DNA of 64,000 nt, from the IMG/VR virus record IMGVR_UViG_3300046740_000431, positions 1 through 64,000 of that record; one strand, written 5' to 3'. Below are positions 49,201 through 59,595 of the stretch, one piece after another; position 1 is the stretch's first letter; every line of letters begins with the position of its first letter. Both the position numbers and the translations under genes were made by a program. The DNA comes from a virus. Under the pieces are notes generated by a model. That model did not search any database, was not told the DNA's origin, and saw only the letters and a program-made list of their open reading frames with translations.

Positions 49201-49815
49201 TTATCGTCGCTTACCCGTGAATGTCAACGAACGTCCGGCCGGCTGTGGATAAGGCACCAGGAACGGAGCTCGCCAGATCGCGGCCGCCGATGAGATCCCG
49301 GACTCGATGGCCTGCGGCACGATGGCGACCGGGACGCCGGCAGCCAGCGCAGCGGCAACGTCAGGGCGTCCTGTGAGAAGCGGATCGGTCATCGCGACCA
49401 CTGCGTCGGCGCGCTGCGCCAGCGCAGCGGCGGCCTCGGCCTTCATATGGTGGGGCTCGGTCCTGACGAGGTACGGGGACACAGCGAAGATCCCCATGGT
49501 CTCGAGCCAGGATGCGTGCTGGCAACCCTGCGCCGCCCAGTCCCCTGGCCACGCCAGGTAGACCACCAGCGGGATTCCGAGCGCCGCCAGCGCGGCCGGC
49601 GCGATCCTCACCTGGCGAGGCGCCATGGCGCTCGCGCGGGCGCCGGATAGCATGTGCCCGTCGGCCGTCGCCCGGCGGACCATCTGCACGGTGGCGGCCG
49701 GGCTCCTGCCCGTGGCCTTGGCGATCTCGACCGCCACCGGAGGCCGGTGGAGCTCTATGGCGAGGCGCTGGACCTGGCGAAGCCACGAAGCTCGGCGCGC
49801 CGGGATCAGCTTCAC
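49201..49815 (-). CDS. LexA-like wHTH fused to an NDT/DUF4406-like Rossmannoid domain
   Basis: HRPPVAVEIAKATGRS; VVYLAWP...AVSP...AQRADAVV...A.AAGVPV. Confidence 0.5.
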   Translation of the reverse strand: MKLIPARRASWLRQVQRLAIELHRPPVAVEIAKATGRSPAATVQMVRRATADGHMLSGARASAMAPRQVRIAPAALAALGIPLVVYLAWPGDWAAQGCQHASWLETMGIFAVSPYLVRTEPHHMKAEAAAALAQRADAVVAMTDPLLTGRPDVAAALAAGVPVAIVPQAIESGISSAAAIWRAPFLVPYPQPAGRSLTFTGKRR

Positions 49816-51551
49816 GCCGGCCTCGCCTTCCTGCGCAGCACGTCCTCGGCGAGCCGCCTGATGTGGTCGTCGGCTGCGCCTTTGAACTCCGGCATGCCGG
49901 ACGCGTCGGGGTTCAGGAGGTAGTGCGACTGGGCCTCCTTGATGCCGAGCACGTCGGAGATCACCGGGTCGCTGCCCTCGTCGGCGAGCGGGACGTAGAT
50001 CGTCACCGGCTGGGTCTGCCCATCGCGGTGCAGGCGGCCGATGTCCTGGTGGATCACCTGCGGTGACCAGTCGAGCTCTCCGATGACGCCAGTCCTGCAC
50101 ACGGACTGGAGGCCATCGAGCCCGGCGCCGGCGCGCAGCGAGATGATCAAGACCTGGGCATCACCCTCGACGAACCGCTTCCTGGCCGCGTCCTTCTGGC
50201 CTTCGCTCTGCTTCCCGGTGTAGAGCGCGTACCGGATCGGCGTCGTGTGGCGCTCGAACGAGTCGGCCCACAAGCTGTAGACCTCGTGGTGCCAGCCGAA
50301 CAACACGACCTTGTCGCCGCCGTCGACCAGCATGCGGACCAGGTCAGCCACCGCGCCGGCCTTTGCGATCCCGGTGGCCTGTCGGAGCCTCCAGTCGAGC
50401 TCTCCGGCGCTCTGCATCCGTTCGGTCGGTGACCCGATCCTGTCGAGCACCCGGCGCGCGAGCTCGGCGACGTCGGCGGACGCCTTGTTGATCGCGTCCG
50501 GGTCGCACTCGACGGCGTGCCTCACCACCGTGAGCTCCGGGATCTCGCGGCCGACGTCCTTCCGGGTGCGCCGGATCATCAATCCGCTCTCGCGCAGGTA
50601 GCTGCCGAGCGCCGCGGGGTCCTGGACCGACGCCTTGCCGTCCTGCCCCGGCGGGCCTCCGCACCACTCGTCGTAGAACTCCTTGTGCGTGCCGAGCTGC
50701 CCAGGCGCGATCACCTCCATCACGTTGAAGATCTCGTTGCCGTAGTTGTAGACCGGCGTCGCCGTGAGCCCGATCCGCAGGTCGGCGGCCTGCGCGAGCG
50801 CCACGCCGGCCGCGTACTTCTTCGTCCCCGCGTGCCTGAATTCCTGCGCCTCGTCCATGATCACCGTGCGGGCCACGCCGGCCAGCGACTCCACCCAGCC
50901 GTGGAGCTTGTGGTAGTTGATCAAGAGCACATCGGGCACGCTCTTGCTCCTGACCATCGAGCGGCGCTTGGTGACCGGGTCCCGCTCCATGCGGATGTCC
51001 GTGAACGGGTACGGCTGGGCCTTGCGGATCCGATGGACGCGCAGCTTCGGCGCGAAGCGCGCGAGCTCGCGCTCCCACTGCCTGGTGAGGTGGGTCATCG
51101 TGATCACAACGGCGGGCAGGGTTCCGGGCGCCGTGAGCGCGCAGATCGCGGTGACCGTCTTGCCGGTCCCGAGGTCGTCGGCGATGAGCAGGTTACCGGT
51201 GCGCAGCGCGAGGTCGGCGCCGAGCCGCTGGTACTCGCGGGCCGGCAGCGCGAGCTCGAACGCGCGCGGCACGTAGTCGGCCATGTCGATCGCCTCGATG
51301 GCCGCGAGCTTCGCTTCCTGCTCGCCGATCAGCGACCGGAACTTCGCCTCGGACTTGGCGTCGACCTCGAGCGGGTGCCTCTCGCGGAACCAGTCGAGGT
51401 CGTAGGCGTGCTCCGGGGTCGCGGAGAGCTTGAACACCCCGGCCCGGTACCGCTGCGCGCCGCCGAACAGCCTCCGCAGCCGGATGCTCACGTGTGCCGG
51501 CGCGGTGATGATGAGCTGGTCGTCTTCGATTCGGATTGCGCCTGGGGTCAC
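49812..51551 (-). CDS. SNF2-family helicase/ATPase
   Basis: ADDLGTGKT, DEAQ, LTATP, IRRT, AGAGLDGLQ and WSP....QDIGRLHRDGQ. Confidence 0.92.
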   Translation of the reverse strand: MTPGAIRIEDDQLIITAPAHVSIRLRRLFGGAQRYRAGVFKLSATPEHAYDLDWFRERHPLEVDAKSEAKFRSLIGEQEAKLAAIEAIDMADYVPRAFELALPAREYQRLGADLALRTGNLLIADDLGTGKTVTAICALTAPGTLPAVVITMTHLTRQWERELARFAPKLRVHRIRKAQPYPFTDIRMERDPVTKRRSMVRSKSVPDVLLINYHKLHGWVESLAGVARTVIMDEAQEFRHAGTKKYAAGVALAQAADLRIGLTATPVYNYGNEIFNVMEVIAPGQLGTHKEFYDEWCGGPPGQDGKASVQDPAALGSYLRESGLMIRRTRKDVGREIPELTVVRHAVECDPDAINKASADVAELARRVLDRIGSPTERMQSAGELDWRLRQATGIAKAGAVADLVRMLVDGGDKVVLFGWHHEVYSLWADSFERHTTPIRYALYTGKQSEGQKDAARKRFVEGDAQVLIISLRAGAGLDGLQSVCRTGVIGELDWSPQVIHQDIGRLHRDGQTQPVTIYVPLADEGSDPVISDVLGIKEAQSHYLLNPDASGMPEFKGAADDHIRRLAEDVLRRKARPA

Positions 51552-52348
51552 GCGGTCCTCCAGAACTTCGGGTACGGCAACGCGGCCGCGGTCAACACCT
51601 CGCGCCGGCGGCGCCGATCGAGGCTCCAGAGGTATCGGTGATTGCCGTGGTGCCGCAGCGGCCGGGTCAGGAGCGGGCGCCATCGCCGCAGCCACGCCGC
51701 TGCGTCCTCATCGGGCCCGAGCCGGTCCGCGCCCCAGCGCTCGAGCGCGGCCGCCGCGTAGCGCCACCCGACATCGCGGCACGTCAGCTTGCTCATCGCG
51801 CGCCTGCTCAGCACGGTGCCGTCGGGGAGCAGCCGCAGCGTCGACGGGTTGGTGCGGCCGACGTACCGGCCGTTGGTGGCGCAGTAGATCGTGCCGAGGT
51901 GGCCCGGGAACACCATCGCGCCAGCCGCGCTGGTCCGCGCGACCGGATCGGCGCAGCTCGCGACCGCGGTCACCCGGCCGCGCAGCGCGGAGAAGCACCG
52001 CGCGAGGAACCAGCTCTCGCCGTTGCCCGGCACGCTGTCGACGAGCACGAAGCGCCCGAGGTCGACCGCCTCGCGCGGATCGAGCGTGGGCCACACCGCT
52101 CGGTGCGCCGCGCCGGACGCGCCGACCGAGAACACCGCCACGCCAGCGAGCTCGCCGCGCTGGTACAGCCCGAACCGGAACCGCGCCGCGCACCATGTTC
52201 CGCTGTAGTGGTGGTGTTCGACGAACGCCCGCGGCCGCGCGTCGTCGGCGAACTCGACGACGTCGTACGCGGACGGCCGGATCAGCTCGCCGCTGGGCCG
52301 CCGGGACTCGCGGCGCTCGGTCCAGCGCTGGACGAAGTCGGTGATCAC
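51548..52348 (-). CDS. Mom-family GNAT adenine-modification protein
   Basis: RAFVEHHHYSG, LGRFVL...PGNGESWFL, SCADP and GHLGTIYCATN..Y.G. Confidence 0.82.
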   Translation of the reverse strand: MITDFVQRWTERRESRRPSGELIRPSAYDVVEFADDARPRAFVEHHHYSGTWCAARFRFGLYQRGELAGVAVFSVGASGAAHRAVWPTLDPREAVDLGRFVLVDSVPGNGESWFLARCFSALRGRVTAVASCADPVARTSAAGAMVFPGHLGTIYCATNGRYVGRTNPSTLRLLPDGTVLSRRAMSKLTCRDVGWRYAAAALERWGADRLGPDEDAAAWLRRWRPLLTRPLRHHGNHRYLWSLDRRRRREVLTAAALPYPKFWRTA

Positions 52349-52385
52349 CGGACGCCCATGGCTGCACCGAGACCGTCGAGACTGC

Positions 52386-52829
52386 TCACGACGTCCTCAG
52401 CGCGATCACGCGGAACGGCTTTCCACCGATGGTTGAGTCGCGCTGGTTGCCAAGCGGGCCGGTGAGCTTGCGGGTCAGCTGCGCCGACGTCGTCACGACG
52501 ATCACGGCGTCGACGTCCTGCATCGTCGCGTAGCGCTGGACCTGGCGCTCGACCGCCGCGGCTGATCCGCCGAGCTTGAGCTCCAGCACGACGTTGATCC
52601 GGCGCGCGACGTCTGGGGCCACGCGGACGTGGACAAGGATGTCGAACCGCCCGCCGTGGATCGCGACCTCGCGCTCGAAGCTGACCCCGCGGTCGGCCAG
52701 CGTTCCCTGGATCCGCTCGGTGAGCGCGATCGACACCTGATCCTGCAGCTCCGCCTCGTCGCGAACCCGGAACACGTACCCGGCCAGCGCGTCGAAGACG
52801 AGCCTAATCGCTTCCTCGGTGGTGATCAT
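52386..52829 (-). CDS. PD-(D/E)XK nuclease
   Basis: E.ELQ, FEREV, GRFDILV, LELK and QVQRY. Confidence 0.75.
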   Translation of the reverse strand: MITTEEAIRLVFDALAGYVFRVRDEAELQDQVSIALTERIQGTLADRGVSFEREVAIHGGRFDILVHVRVAPDVARRINVVLELKLGGSAAAVERQVQRYATMQDVDAVIVVTTSAQLTRKLTGPLGNQRDSTIGGKPFRVIALRTS

Positions 52830-53085
52830 CCGAAATCCTCGACGTACTCGATGATGACCCTGAAGTTCAAACAGCCGGTGGGGCGGAATGTTTTGATGGC
52901 GTACGCGATGAACTTCTCGCGCTGCTCGGACGACTCGCGCCTCAGACGACGAACGACATCATCCTCGCTGGCACAGGCACCGAGACGCCGCATTCTACCG
53001 GCGAAGAACTCGTCGATTTTAGACACCGCTCTCGCCAGATCAGCGTCGATCTGACACCCGATGCACGATCCGCACTTTTTGATCA

Positions 53086-53655
53086 TCATGGTGACCTCAC
53101 AGGGATCCATCCGCGCCGACCGCCGATCGACACCACCGCACCCTTGGTCTCCAGCCGGCGGAGAATGTCGGCCACCGTGACAGCCGGGATCCCGAGCCCG
53201 TCGGTCAGCTCGCGGTGCAGCGGCGGCATGCCGTAGAGCTCCACGTACCGGTACAGCCACGCGAAGACACGCCACTCGTTGGGCGCCAGGTAGATCGGAT
53301 CCGGCGTCTCCGCGATCGGCGCCGGTGTCGCTGCGGGCGCCGAGATCGACCGCACCGGGAACTCGTCGGAGAACTCACCGGCGAGCGCGCGCTGGGCCAG
53401 GCTCTCGATGTCCCAGCTGACCGAAGCGTGTCCGGGAACCCGGCGCAGCGCGTCCACCAGGTCGAGCTTCGGCCGCGGAGAGCCGGCCCGGATGTCGTGG
53501 TAGTCGCCGCAGAGCACGGAGAGGGCGATCCTTGCCATCGCCAGGCGGGTCGGCTTCGCTGCGTCGCCTGCTGAGCTGGAGCGCTCGACCAGGGCGCTGA
53601 CCTCGGCGTAGAGCCGGGCGGTCGCGGACCCGAGCTTCGCTTCCACCGCGGGCAT
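53086..53655 (-). CDS. Protein with a C-terminal LexA-type DNA-binding wHTH
   Basis: EWRVFAWL..Y...YGMPP..REL...LGI...TV..IL.RLE.KG. Confidence 0.7.
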   Translation of the reverse strand: MPAVEAKLGSATARLYAEVSALVERSSSAGDAAKPTRLAMARIALSVLCGDYHDIRAGSPRPKLDLVDALRRVPGHASVSWDIESLAQRALAGEFSDEFPVRSISAPAATPAPIAETPDPIYLAPNEWRVFAWLYRYVELYGMPPLHRELTDGLGIPAVTVADILRRLETKGAVVSIGGRRGWIPVRSP

Positions 53656-53902
53656 CTAGTTGGCGCCCTTGGCGACCGTAATCGATCCGTCCGGTCCGCG
53701 ACGAAGACCGCCAGCCTTGAGATAGGCGTCCATCTGCTTCCCGGGCATGTCAACGAACATGATCCGGTGGCCGTCCTCGAAGATCACGCCTTCGATGAGC
53801 TTCGAGCCGTCCGGCCGGTCCATCACGACCCACCCCCAGTCGTCGCGCGCGCATGAGTACCCTCGGGTCATCCAGTCATTTAGCGGGCACGGACCGCAAA
53901 AG

Positions 53903-54664
53903 TCAACGCGTACCGGTCGACCCGAGCCCGCCGGCGCCGCGCTCGGTCGGCGTCAGGTCCGCGACGTCGACTACCTCGAGCTCGGGCAGCGCGATGCGCT
54001 GAAACACCATCTGGGCGACCCGATCGCCGATGGACACGTGGATCGCGTGCCCGCCGACGTTGGCCGCGATCACCCAGCACTCCCCGCGGTAGTCGCTGTC
54101 GATCGTGGCAAGATGCACCCACAAGCCACGCGTGGCCAGGCCTGACCGCGGGCGGATGTGCGCTTCCATCCCGAGCGGGATCTCCAGGTGCAGCCCGGTC
54201 CTGATCTTCACGATCTGGCCTACCGCGACGAGGCATCCCTCGATGGCTCGCACGTCGTACCCGGACGCCCCCGAGCTCGCGCGCTTCGGCATGACGGCGC
54301 CGTCCGCGAGCGAGATCCGAATGCTGTCCGCGGTCGGCGGCGCCTGGCGCTGGTAGCGCTTGATGCGCTCGGAGAGCTGCCCGGCGAGCTCGTCGGCGAT
54401 GGCCAGGTGGTCGGCGCCGACCGAGTCGACCTCGAAGCGAGCGCCGATCGTCGGGCACGCCCACAGCGGGCGATCGACCATCGCCGCGCTCGCGAAGACC
54501 ACGACGTGCGTGGGCCCGGCGGTCTGCAGCGGCAACGCCGACAGGTTCCCGGCGTACCAGCCGTCCGGGATGTTGCCGTTGACGCCGGCCACGATGTGCG
54601 GCCCGCACGAGCCGTTGATCTCGGCGACCAGCTTGCTTACGGGGTCTCGGCGGTCCGTGCTCAT
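53903..54664 (-). CDS. dut: Trimeric dUTPase with a ~110-aa N-terminal extension
   Basis: Motifs I-V: SGYDV, RPRSGLA, TIDSDYRGE, GDRVAQ and RGAGGLGSTG. Confidence 0.92.
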   Translation of the reverse strand: MSTDRRDPVSKLVAEINGSCGPHIVAGVNGNIPDGWYAGNLSALPLQTAGPTHVVVFASAAMVDRPLWACPTIGARFEVDSVGADHLAIADELAGQLSERIKRYQRQAPPTADSIRISLADGAVMPKRASSGASGYDVRAIEGCLVAVGQIVKIRTGLHLEIPLGMEAHIRPRSGLATRGLWVHLATIDSDYRGECWVIAANVGGHAIHVSIGDRVAQMVFQRIALPELEVVDVADLTPTERGAGGLGSTGTR

Positions 54665-55740
54665 CTCATCCTCCTTGCTTGTTCGTCCGCGTTCGGCAGC
54701 GCCAGGTATTGGAATCCGCCGATGTAGTGAGCGTCCCAGGCATCGCGCTGGCACCACACCGGCGACCTCGGCCTGCCTGACCATGTCCGCGGCCGCTGCG
54801 AAGCGTGCGCCTTGGCCGCCGGAGATCTTGCAGCTGGGCGCGTCCTGACGGCGGCCCGTACCCGAACGCCTTCGACCACGATCTGGACGCTGGTCCCGTC
54901 GGGCATGAACATGATCACGCGCCTCATCGCTGGCACCACACGCTGTGCGCGGAGACGTGCGGCGTCGCTCCACCGGTACAGTAGATGCGTCCGACCAGCA
55001 CGCGCTCGTCGAACGGCGTGGTGTCCGGGTGGCCGTGCGTCCCATCCGCCTCCGGGCTACCGCCCGGCGCCGGGCGCATCGCGAACTCGCCGGCCGGGCG
55101 GACCTCGCCGGCTCCGACGCCGTCCATGTACCAGCCGGGCGCCGTGTGCCACGCCACCGGGCGCGCAGCCAAGCACCACAGCTGCAGCGCGATGCTCGCG
55201 ATCAGGCAGGCGACCTCGGTCAGCACGCCTTCCCCCACCGCGACCTCGTCGAGCACACGGCGCACGACGTCCAGCCGATCGCGTGCCTGCAGACCCAGTC
55301 CTCGCCGGGGAAGAGATCGCGCCACGCCTTCCACACCGGAGACGCCGTCATGTCGAAGGCCAGCGCGGCGGCGTCGAGGCTGCAACGCACCAGCTTGGCG
55401 TACCGGGCGGCGCAGCGCGACTTCGTGGTGATGTGCCAGCCGAGCTCGCGGAATTCTCGACGGTTGAGCACCAGCGTCCCGTGCCCGGACCGCGCCGATC
55501 GCCCGCCGTCTCGTCTTTCTCGCGCCGCCGGTGAGCTGCTCGCGCCGCGCCGGATGACCAAGCGCCAGGTCGCCGACCTCGTGCACCGGGTTCGCCACGG
55601 CGCGACGTTGCCGGCTCCCAGGTCAGCGCCTTGTGCGGTCGCTCCTTGCCGGACGTGTCCGCCCCCTACTGAAGCTTGCGCGTGGGGCCTGGTTTGTCTT
55701 CTACCTGGCTCCCCGCCGTCTCGAAACTTGATTGCGGCCG

Positions 55741-56130
55741 TCACGCCTCGCCTCGGATCTCTCGGAGCTTGACCTCGAGCTTGGCGCGATGCTCGTAAGC
55801 TTCGGCGATCCGCTCCTCGATGGTCGCTCGAGCGGTCTCCAGCCGGACGATGTCAGCGCTGATTGCGTCGCGCGCCTCACGAACCGCCGCCGCCTCGGAG
55901 ATGTTCTCCTCTGACCTGCCCGGCGCCGGCCGCGCCATCGAGACCGCATCGGTGATCCGCGGCACGAGCGAGCTGGACTTCGCCTTGGTCAGGACGTGGC
56001 CGACGGCGGCGTGCGAGGTCCCGGCCGCTCGCGCGACGTCGGCGATCGAGAGGCCGGCGTCCTTCATCCTCGCGATGACGCTCGAGCGCCACTCCTCGGT
56101 GACCGGGTGATCGGAGATCGCGTGGATCAC
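55741..56130 (-). CDS. XRE/Cro-type HTH protein
   Basis: RMKDAGLSIADVARAAGTSHAAVGHVL. Confidence 0.75.
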   Translation of the reverse strand: MIHAISDHPVTEEWRSSVIARMKDAGLSIADVARAAGTSHAAVGHVLTKAKSSSLVPRITDAVSMARPAPGRSEENISEAAAVREARDAISADIVRLETARATIEERIAEAYEHRAKLEVKLREIRGEA

Positions 56131-56666
56131 GTTGACCTCGCCGTGAACGTGTACGCGTGGACCATCGGGTTGTTCTCGACCTGGTCAGGCCATCGGTGAA
56201 TCGTGTCCCACGCGGCAAGGTAGGACGCCTGCGGGTCCTCGTGGGAGACGCCCGCGAGGTGAGCGCAGCGGAAGATCTCGGCGCCGTCGAGCTGGCCGTC
56301 GATGACCTCGATGCCCTCAGCCCACGCGTCGGACGCGGTGATCTCGCGGAGCCGCTGGGTGCGGACCTCGGCGATCGTGATGTGGTACCGCGCCGCCCAC
56401 CCCGGCATGAACAGCGGGATACGCCACTTCCGCTGCGTCGGATCGGCCGTCCCGTCGTCCTGGTCCTGTCGGTAGAGCACGGCGCCGCGCTCCTCTTGGT
56501 ACAGGTACTCGTTGCCGCCGACGTAGTCCCACGCCTCCTTCGCGTAAAGCGTCTCGCCTACCTTGTAGCGCGGAGACGCGCCGTTCTTGGCCACTCGCCT
56601 GGTCTGCGTCTTCACCCGGCGCTTGAGCCCGAGGATCGACTCGGCCGTGAAGATGATGCCCTTCAC
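56127..56666 (-). CDS. ASCH/PUA-like protein
   Basis: KTQTRR, W.IPLFMP.WAAR and QRL.EIT..DA.AEG. Confidence 0.75.
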   Translation of the reverse strand: MKGIIFTAESILGLKRRVKTQTRRVAKNGASPRYKVGETLYAKEAWDYVGGNEYLYQEERGAVLYRQDQDDGTADPTQRKWRIPLFMPGWAARYHITIAEVRTQRLREITASDAWAEGIEVIDGQLDGAEIFRCAHLAGVSHEDPQASYLAAWDTIHRWPDQVENNPMVHAYTFTARST

Positions 56667-56949
56667 GGCAACCCCATGGCGTCGGCGATCAGGTTGCCGA
56701 GGAGAGCACGGCTGTAGCGATCAGCGATCGTCGTGACCGCCGGCCGCGTAGAGCACCCGGCGCATGTCTCAGGCGCGGCGCAGACGGCGGTTGCCTGCGC
56801 GCCGGTGGTCGCGGCGACGTGGCGGACGATCTCGTCCACGAACAGCTGGCGCTTGAGCTTCCTCCGCGGTCTCGAGATCGCGCGCTTCTCGCGCTGCTCG
56901 CGGAGCGCGATGGCCCGAGCGGCGGTCTCCTTGCTGGTGGACCGGCGCA

Positions 56950-57462
56950 TCAGATCCGCACCTGCGCGGCGACAGCGAGCTCGACATCAGGCGGCAACGT
57001 CCAGAAGCCGAGCGCGCCGCGGCACGGCACCGGCTTGGCCAGCGCGCGGACGTCGCGCAGTACGTAGCCGACTGGGCCGAAGAACCACCGGCGCTGCTCG
57101 CCGAGGTGGCGATCGATCTCGTTTGCGAGCAGACCGGTCGAGTCGAACACGATGCTGTCGATCGTGGCGACCGCGATCACCGCGCTGGTGATGCGGGACA
57201 GCCGGTACCACCGTTGCCACTCGGTCTGCTCTGGATCTCCCCATCCATGAAACATCCGGTTCGCCTCGGTGGGGCCATCGGAGACGCCGACGATCTCCTT
57301 GATGCGATCGTAGACCGACTCGTCGATCTCGCGGCTCGCGTGGATCGCGAACGGCTTCCCGAAGTCGACCGCATTGATCATTTTACGCGGGCGGTTCTCG
57401 ACCAGCTTCACCGAAGAGGCCACCAAGCCGGCCCATGGTTGCGTTAGCGTCAGCGCCCTCAT
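56950..57462 (-). CDS. ASCH-domain protein (with a recoded 5' end)
   Basis: MRALTLTQPWA...K.VENR, AIHAS and PVPCRGALGFW. Confidence 0.88.
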   Translation of the reverse strand: MRALTLTQPWAGLVASSVKLVENRPRKMINAVDFGKPFAIHASREIDESVYDRIKEIVGVSDGPTEANRMFHGWGDPEQTEWQRWYRLSRITSAVIAVATIDSIVFDSTGLLANEIDRHLGEQRRWFFGPVGYVLRDVRALAKPVPCRGALGFWTLPPDVELAVAAQVRI

Positions 57463-58124
57463 CGCGAGCTCTCCTGAAGATATTTGATTGCCGAGCGCAA
57501 GTGTACGACGTCGTCTCGGAATACTCCGATTCCGGTGTTGCACCGGTAGCATAGGAGACCGCGAACGATGCCGGTGACGTGATCGTGATCCACGTGAAAC
57601 CGACGCGGTGACTCGGTGGATAGGAGTCGGCAGATCGCGCACCGACCTCCCTGATTGACGAGCATCTCGTCGTATCGCTCGATGGTGAGTCCGAATTTCT
57701 TACGAAGGTGATGTCCCCAGCGCTGTCGATCCCACTCCTTGGGGTGCTGGGCAGCCCACGCCTTCGACTTCGCGGTCACGCACCTCTTGCAGATGTTTCC
57801 AGCTTCCTTGCCAGCGCTCATTTCGCCAGGAAGCTTGACATCGCAGCACACGCGGCATGTCGTGCGTGCCGCTTCGCGTAGAGGATTCAGGTGATCCGAC
57901 CGGTAAGCGACGCGCGCGGCTCGCTTGGTATCCGCCGGCTCACTTCGCACCCATCCACAGGAACAAGCTACACGCAGACCGCCTGGTGGCGCACGGCGTG
58001 AAACAGTGAACTCACCGATCGACGTGTACGACATCGCGTGACCAGCTAGCACGACCGGACCAAGCGGCTTGATGCCGCTTGCCACGATCCCGGCCCACGG
58101 CTGGGTCAGCGTGAGCGCGCGCAT
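57459..58124 (-). mobile_element. Endonuclease VII-family homing endonuclease fused to the original ASCH start
   Basis: LRKKFGLT..Y..ML..Q..RCAIC, HVDHDH.TG.VRGLLC..CN.GIG.F.DD; visibly lower GC than the flanks. Confidence 0.85.
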
Positions 58125-58531
58125 CACGCAGCCTCTGGAAGTCGGTAGGTCCCAGGGGCGCCGGGCTCCATCAGGCGAGCCAGGCTACGGAGCGCGCATA
58201 CCGTGGTGTGCGGCCTGAGCTGCGCCGTGTAGTCGTGCAGCCAGATCGCGCCGTTCACGAGCATGACGCGGCAGAACAGGCAGAAGACGTCGACGCGTTC
58301 CGGGGTCCCGACGATCCGTGCGGTGTCCGGGTTTCCGTCGTAGAACAGCCACGCCGAAGATGCCGGGCAGCCGCGGTGCTTGAACCTGTAGTCCTGCAGC
58401 GCGAGCGCAACCAAATCCATGATCTCGGCGTCGCGCGGGTTGGCGCGCCCGCTGGATACCAGGTCGAGCGCGGTGATCGCGTGCGGTCGAGCGCGCTCGA
58501 TCGCACCCTGCCTTGTTCGCGCGCCCTTCAC
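58124..58531 (-). CDS. Cys-rich hypothetical protein
   Basis: Overlaps with both neighbours. Confidence 0.5.
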   Translation of the reverse strand: MKGARTRQGAIERARPHAITALDLVSSGRANPRDAEIMDLVALALQDYRFKHRGCPASSAWLFYDGNPDTARIVGTPERVDVFCLFCRVMLVNGAIWLHDYTAQLRPHTTVCALRSLARLMEPGAPGTYRLPEAA

Positions 58532-59595
58532 GCTTCCACCTCTGGGAACTCGAGGTGCTGGACGCCGTCGAGGTACGGCATCTCCACGACGCCGCCAGGC
58601 TTCCTCTTGGACCCGCTGCCGACCAGCACCGTGCATAGACCACCGCTGTCGTCTGACCGCGATCCCTCTTCGGTCATCTGCTTCAGGAAGAACGCGGTGC
58701 CCGTATGCTTACACTGGTTTCGTAGCCACCTGACCCACAGCGAATCGAGCGGCCTCGCCGCTGCGCCGCTCTCGCACCCGACAATGACCCAGCCGATCCC
58801 GTCAGGGTGTAGCCAGTGCCCGTAGGAGCGTTCGGCATCGCACTCGACGCACCACGGCGTCGCGCCATCGTCGGCAACGCACCATTCGGCTGGTCCGTGG
58901 TTCCGGTCGTCGCAGCGCGGCAGGTCGAGATCGACCTCGCCGAGCAGCGGCTCACAGCTCAGGAACCGAACTGCGGCCGGCGTCGCGAGAAGGTCTGGGA
59001 TGCGCTCCTCGGCGGCGTCCTGGTTCTCAACCGAGACGCCGAGCCATACGTTAGGCAGCGGCCACCCGTTGTCGAGGCCACGACTTGGGATTGAGTCCAC
59101 GACACCGTCGAGTGCATATAGTGCGGCGTTCTCGATTAGCTCTCTCGGTGGCAAAGCCGGCCTCGCAAGCAGAGCGCGCCCGGTCGGGTTCGCCCACGCG
59201 AACCACTCGCGCATCCGCTTCGGGCGCTTCGTGAGCACCTGGAAGGTGTGCTGCGGACAGGCCGCCATGACCCCGAATACGGCGGCGATCTGCTCGTTCG
59301 TGAACGCGTCGAAGAACAGGTCGCTCATCGAGTCGACGAAGATTTTGCGCGGTGCCCGCCATCGCAGCGGCATAGCTAGCGCGTCGGTGTCAAACAGCCC
59401 CTCTCCGGTCCAACACGGGTCGCCGCCTGGCCCGAGCTTCACTAGGCTGTCGTACTTCGTGGGTTTGCCCTTGGCCATGCGCACGATCCGAGCGGCCTGG
59501 TGCTTCGCGTAGCAGTTGCGACACCCAGGCGAGACCTGCGCGCACCCCTTCGTAGGGTTCCACGTCTCGCCGGTCCAGGAGATCTTCGTCGGCAT
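58528..59595 (-). CDS. DUF5131 / Gp37-Gp68 radical-SAM-like protein
   Basis: TWNPTKGCAQVSPGCRNCYA, SMSDLF, LTKRP, NVWLGVSVENQ, FLSCEPLL and FFLKQ. Confidence 0.9.
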   Translation of the reverse strand: MPTKISWTGETWNPTKGCAQVSPGCRNCYAKHQAARIVRMAKGKPTKYDSLVKLGPGGDPCWTGEGLFDTDALAMPLRWRAPRKIFVDSMSDLFFDAFTNEQIAAVFGVMAACPQHTFQVLTKRPKRMREWFAWANPTGRALLARPALPPRELIENAALYALDGVVDSIPSRGLDNGWPLPNVWLGVSVENQDAAEERIPDLLATPAAVRFLSCEPLLGEVDLDLPRCDDRNHGPAEWCVADDGATPWCVECDAERSYGHWLHPDGIGWVIVGCESGAAARPLDSLWVRWLRNQCKHTGTAFFLKQMTEEGSRSDDSGGLCTVLVGSGSKRKPGGVVEMPYLDGVQHLEFPEVEA

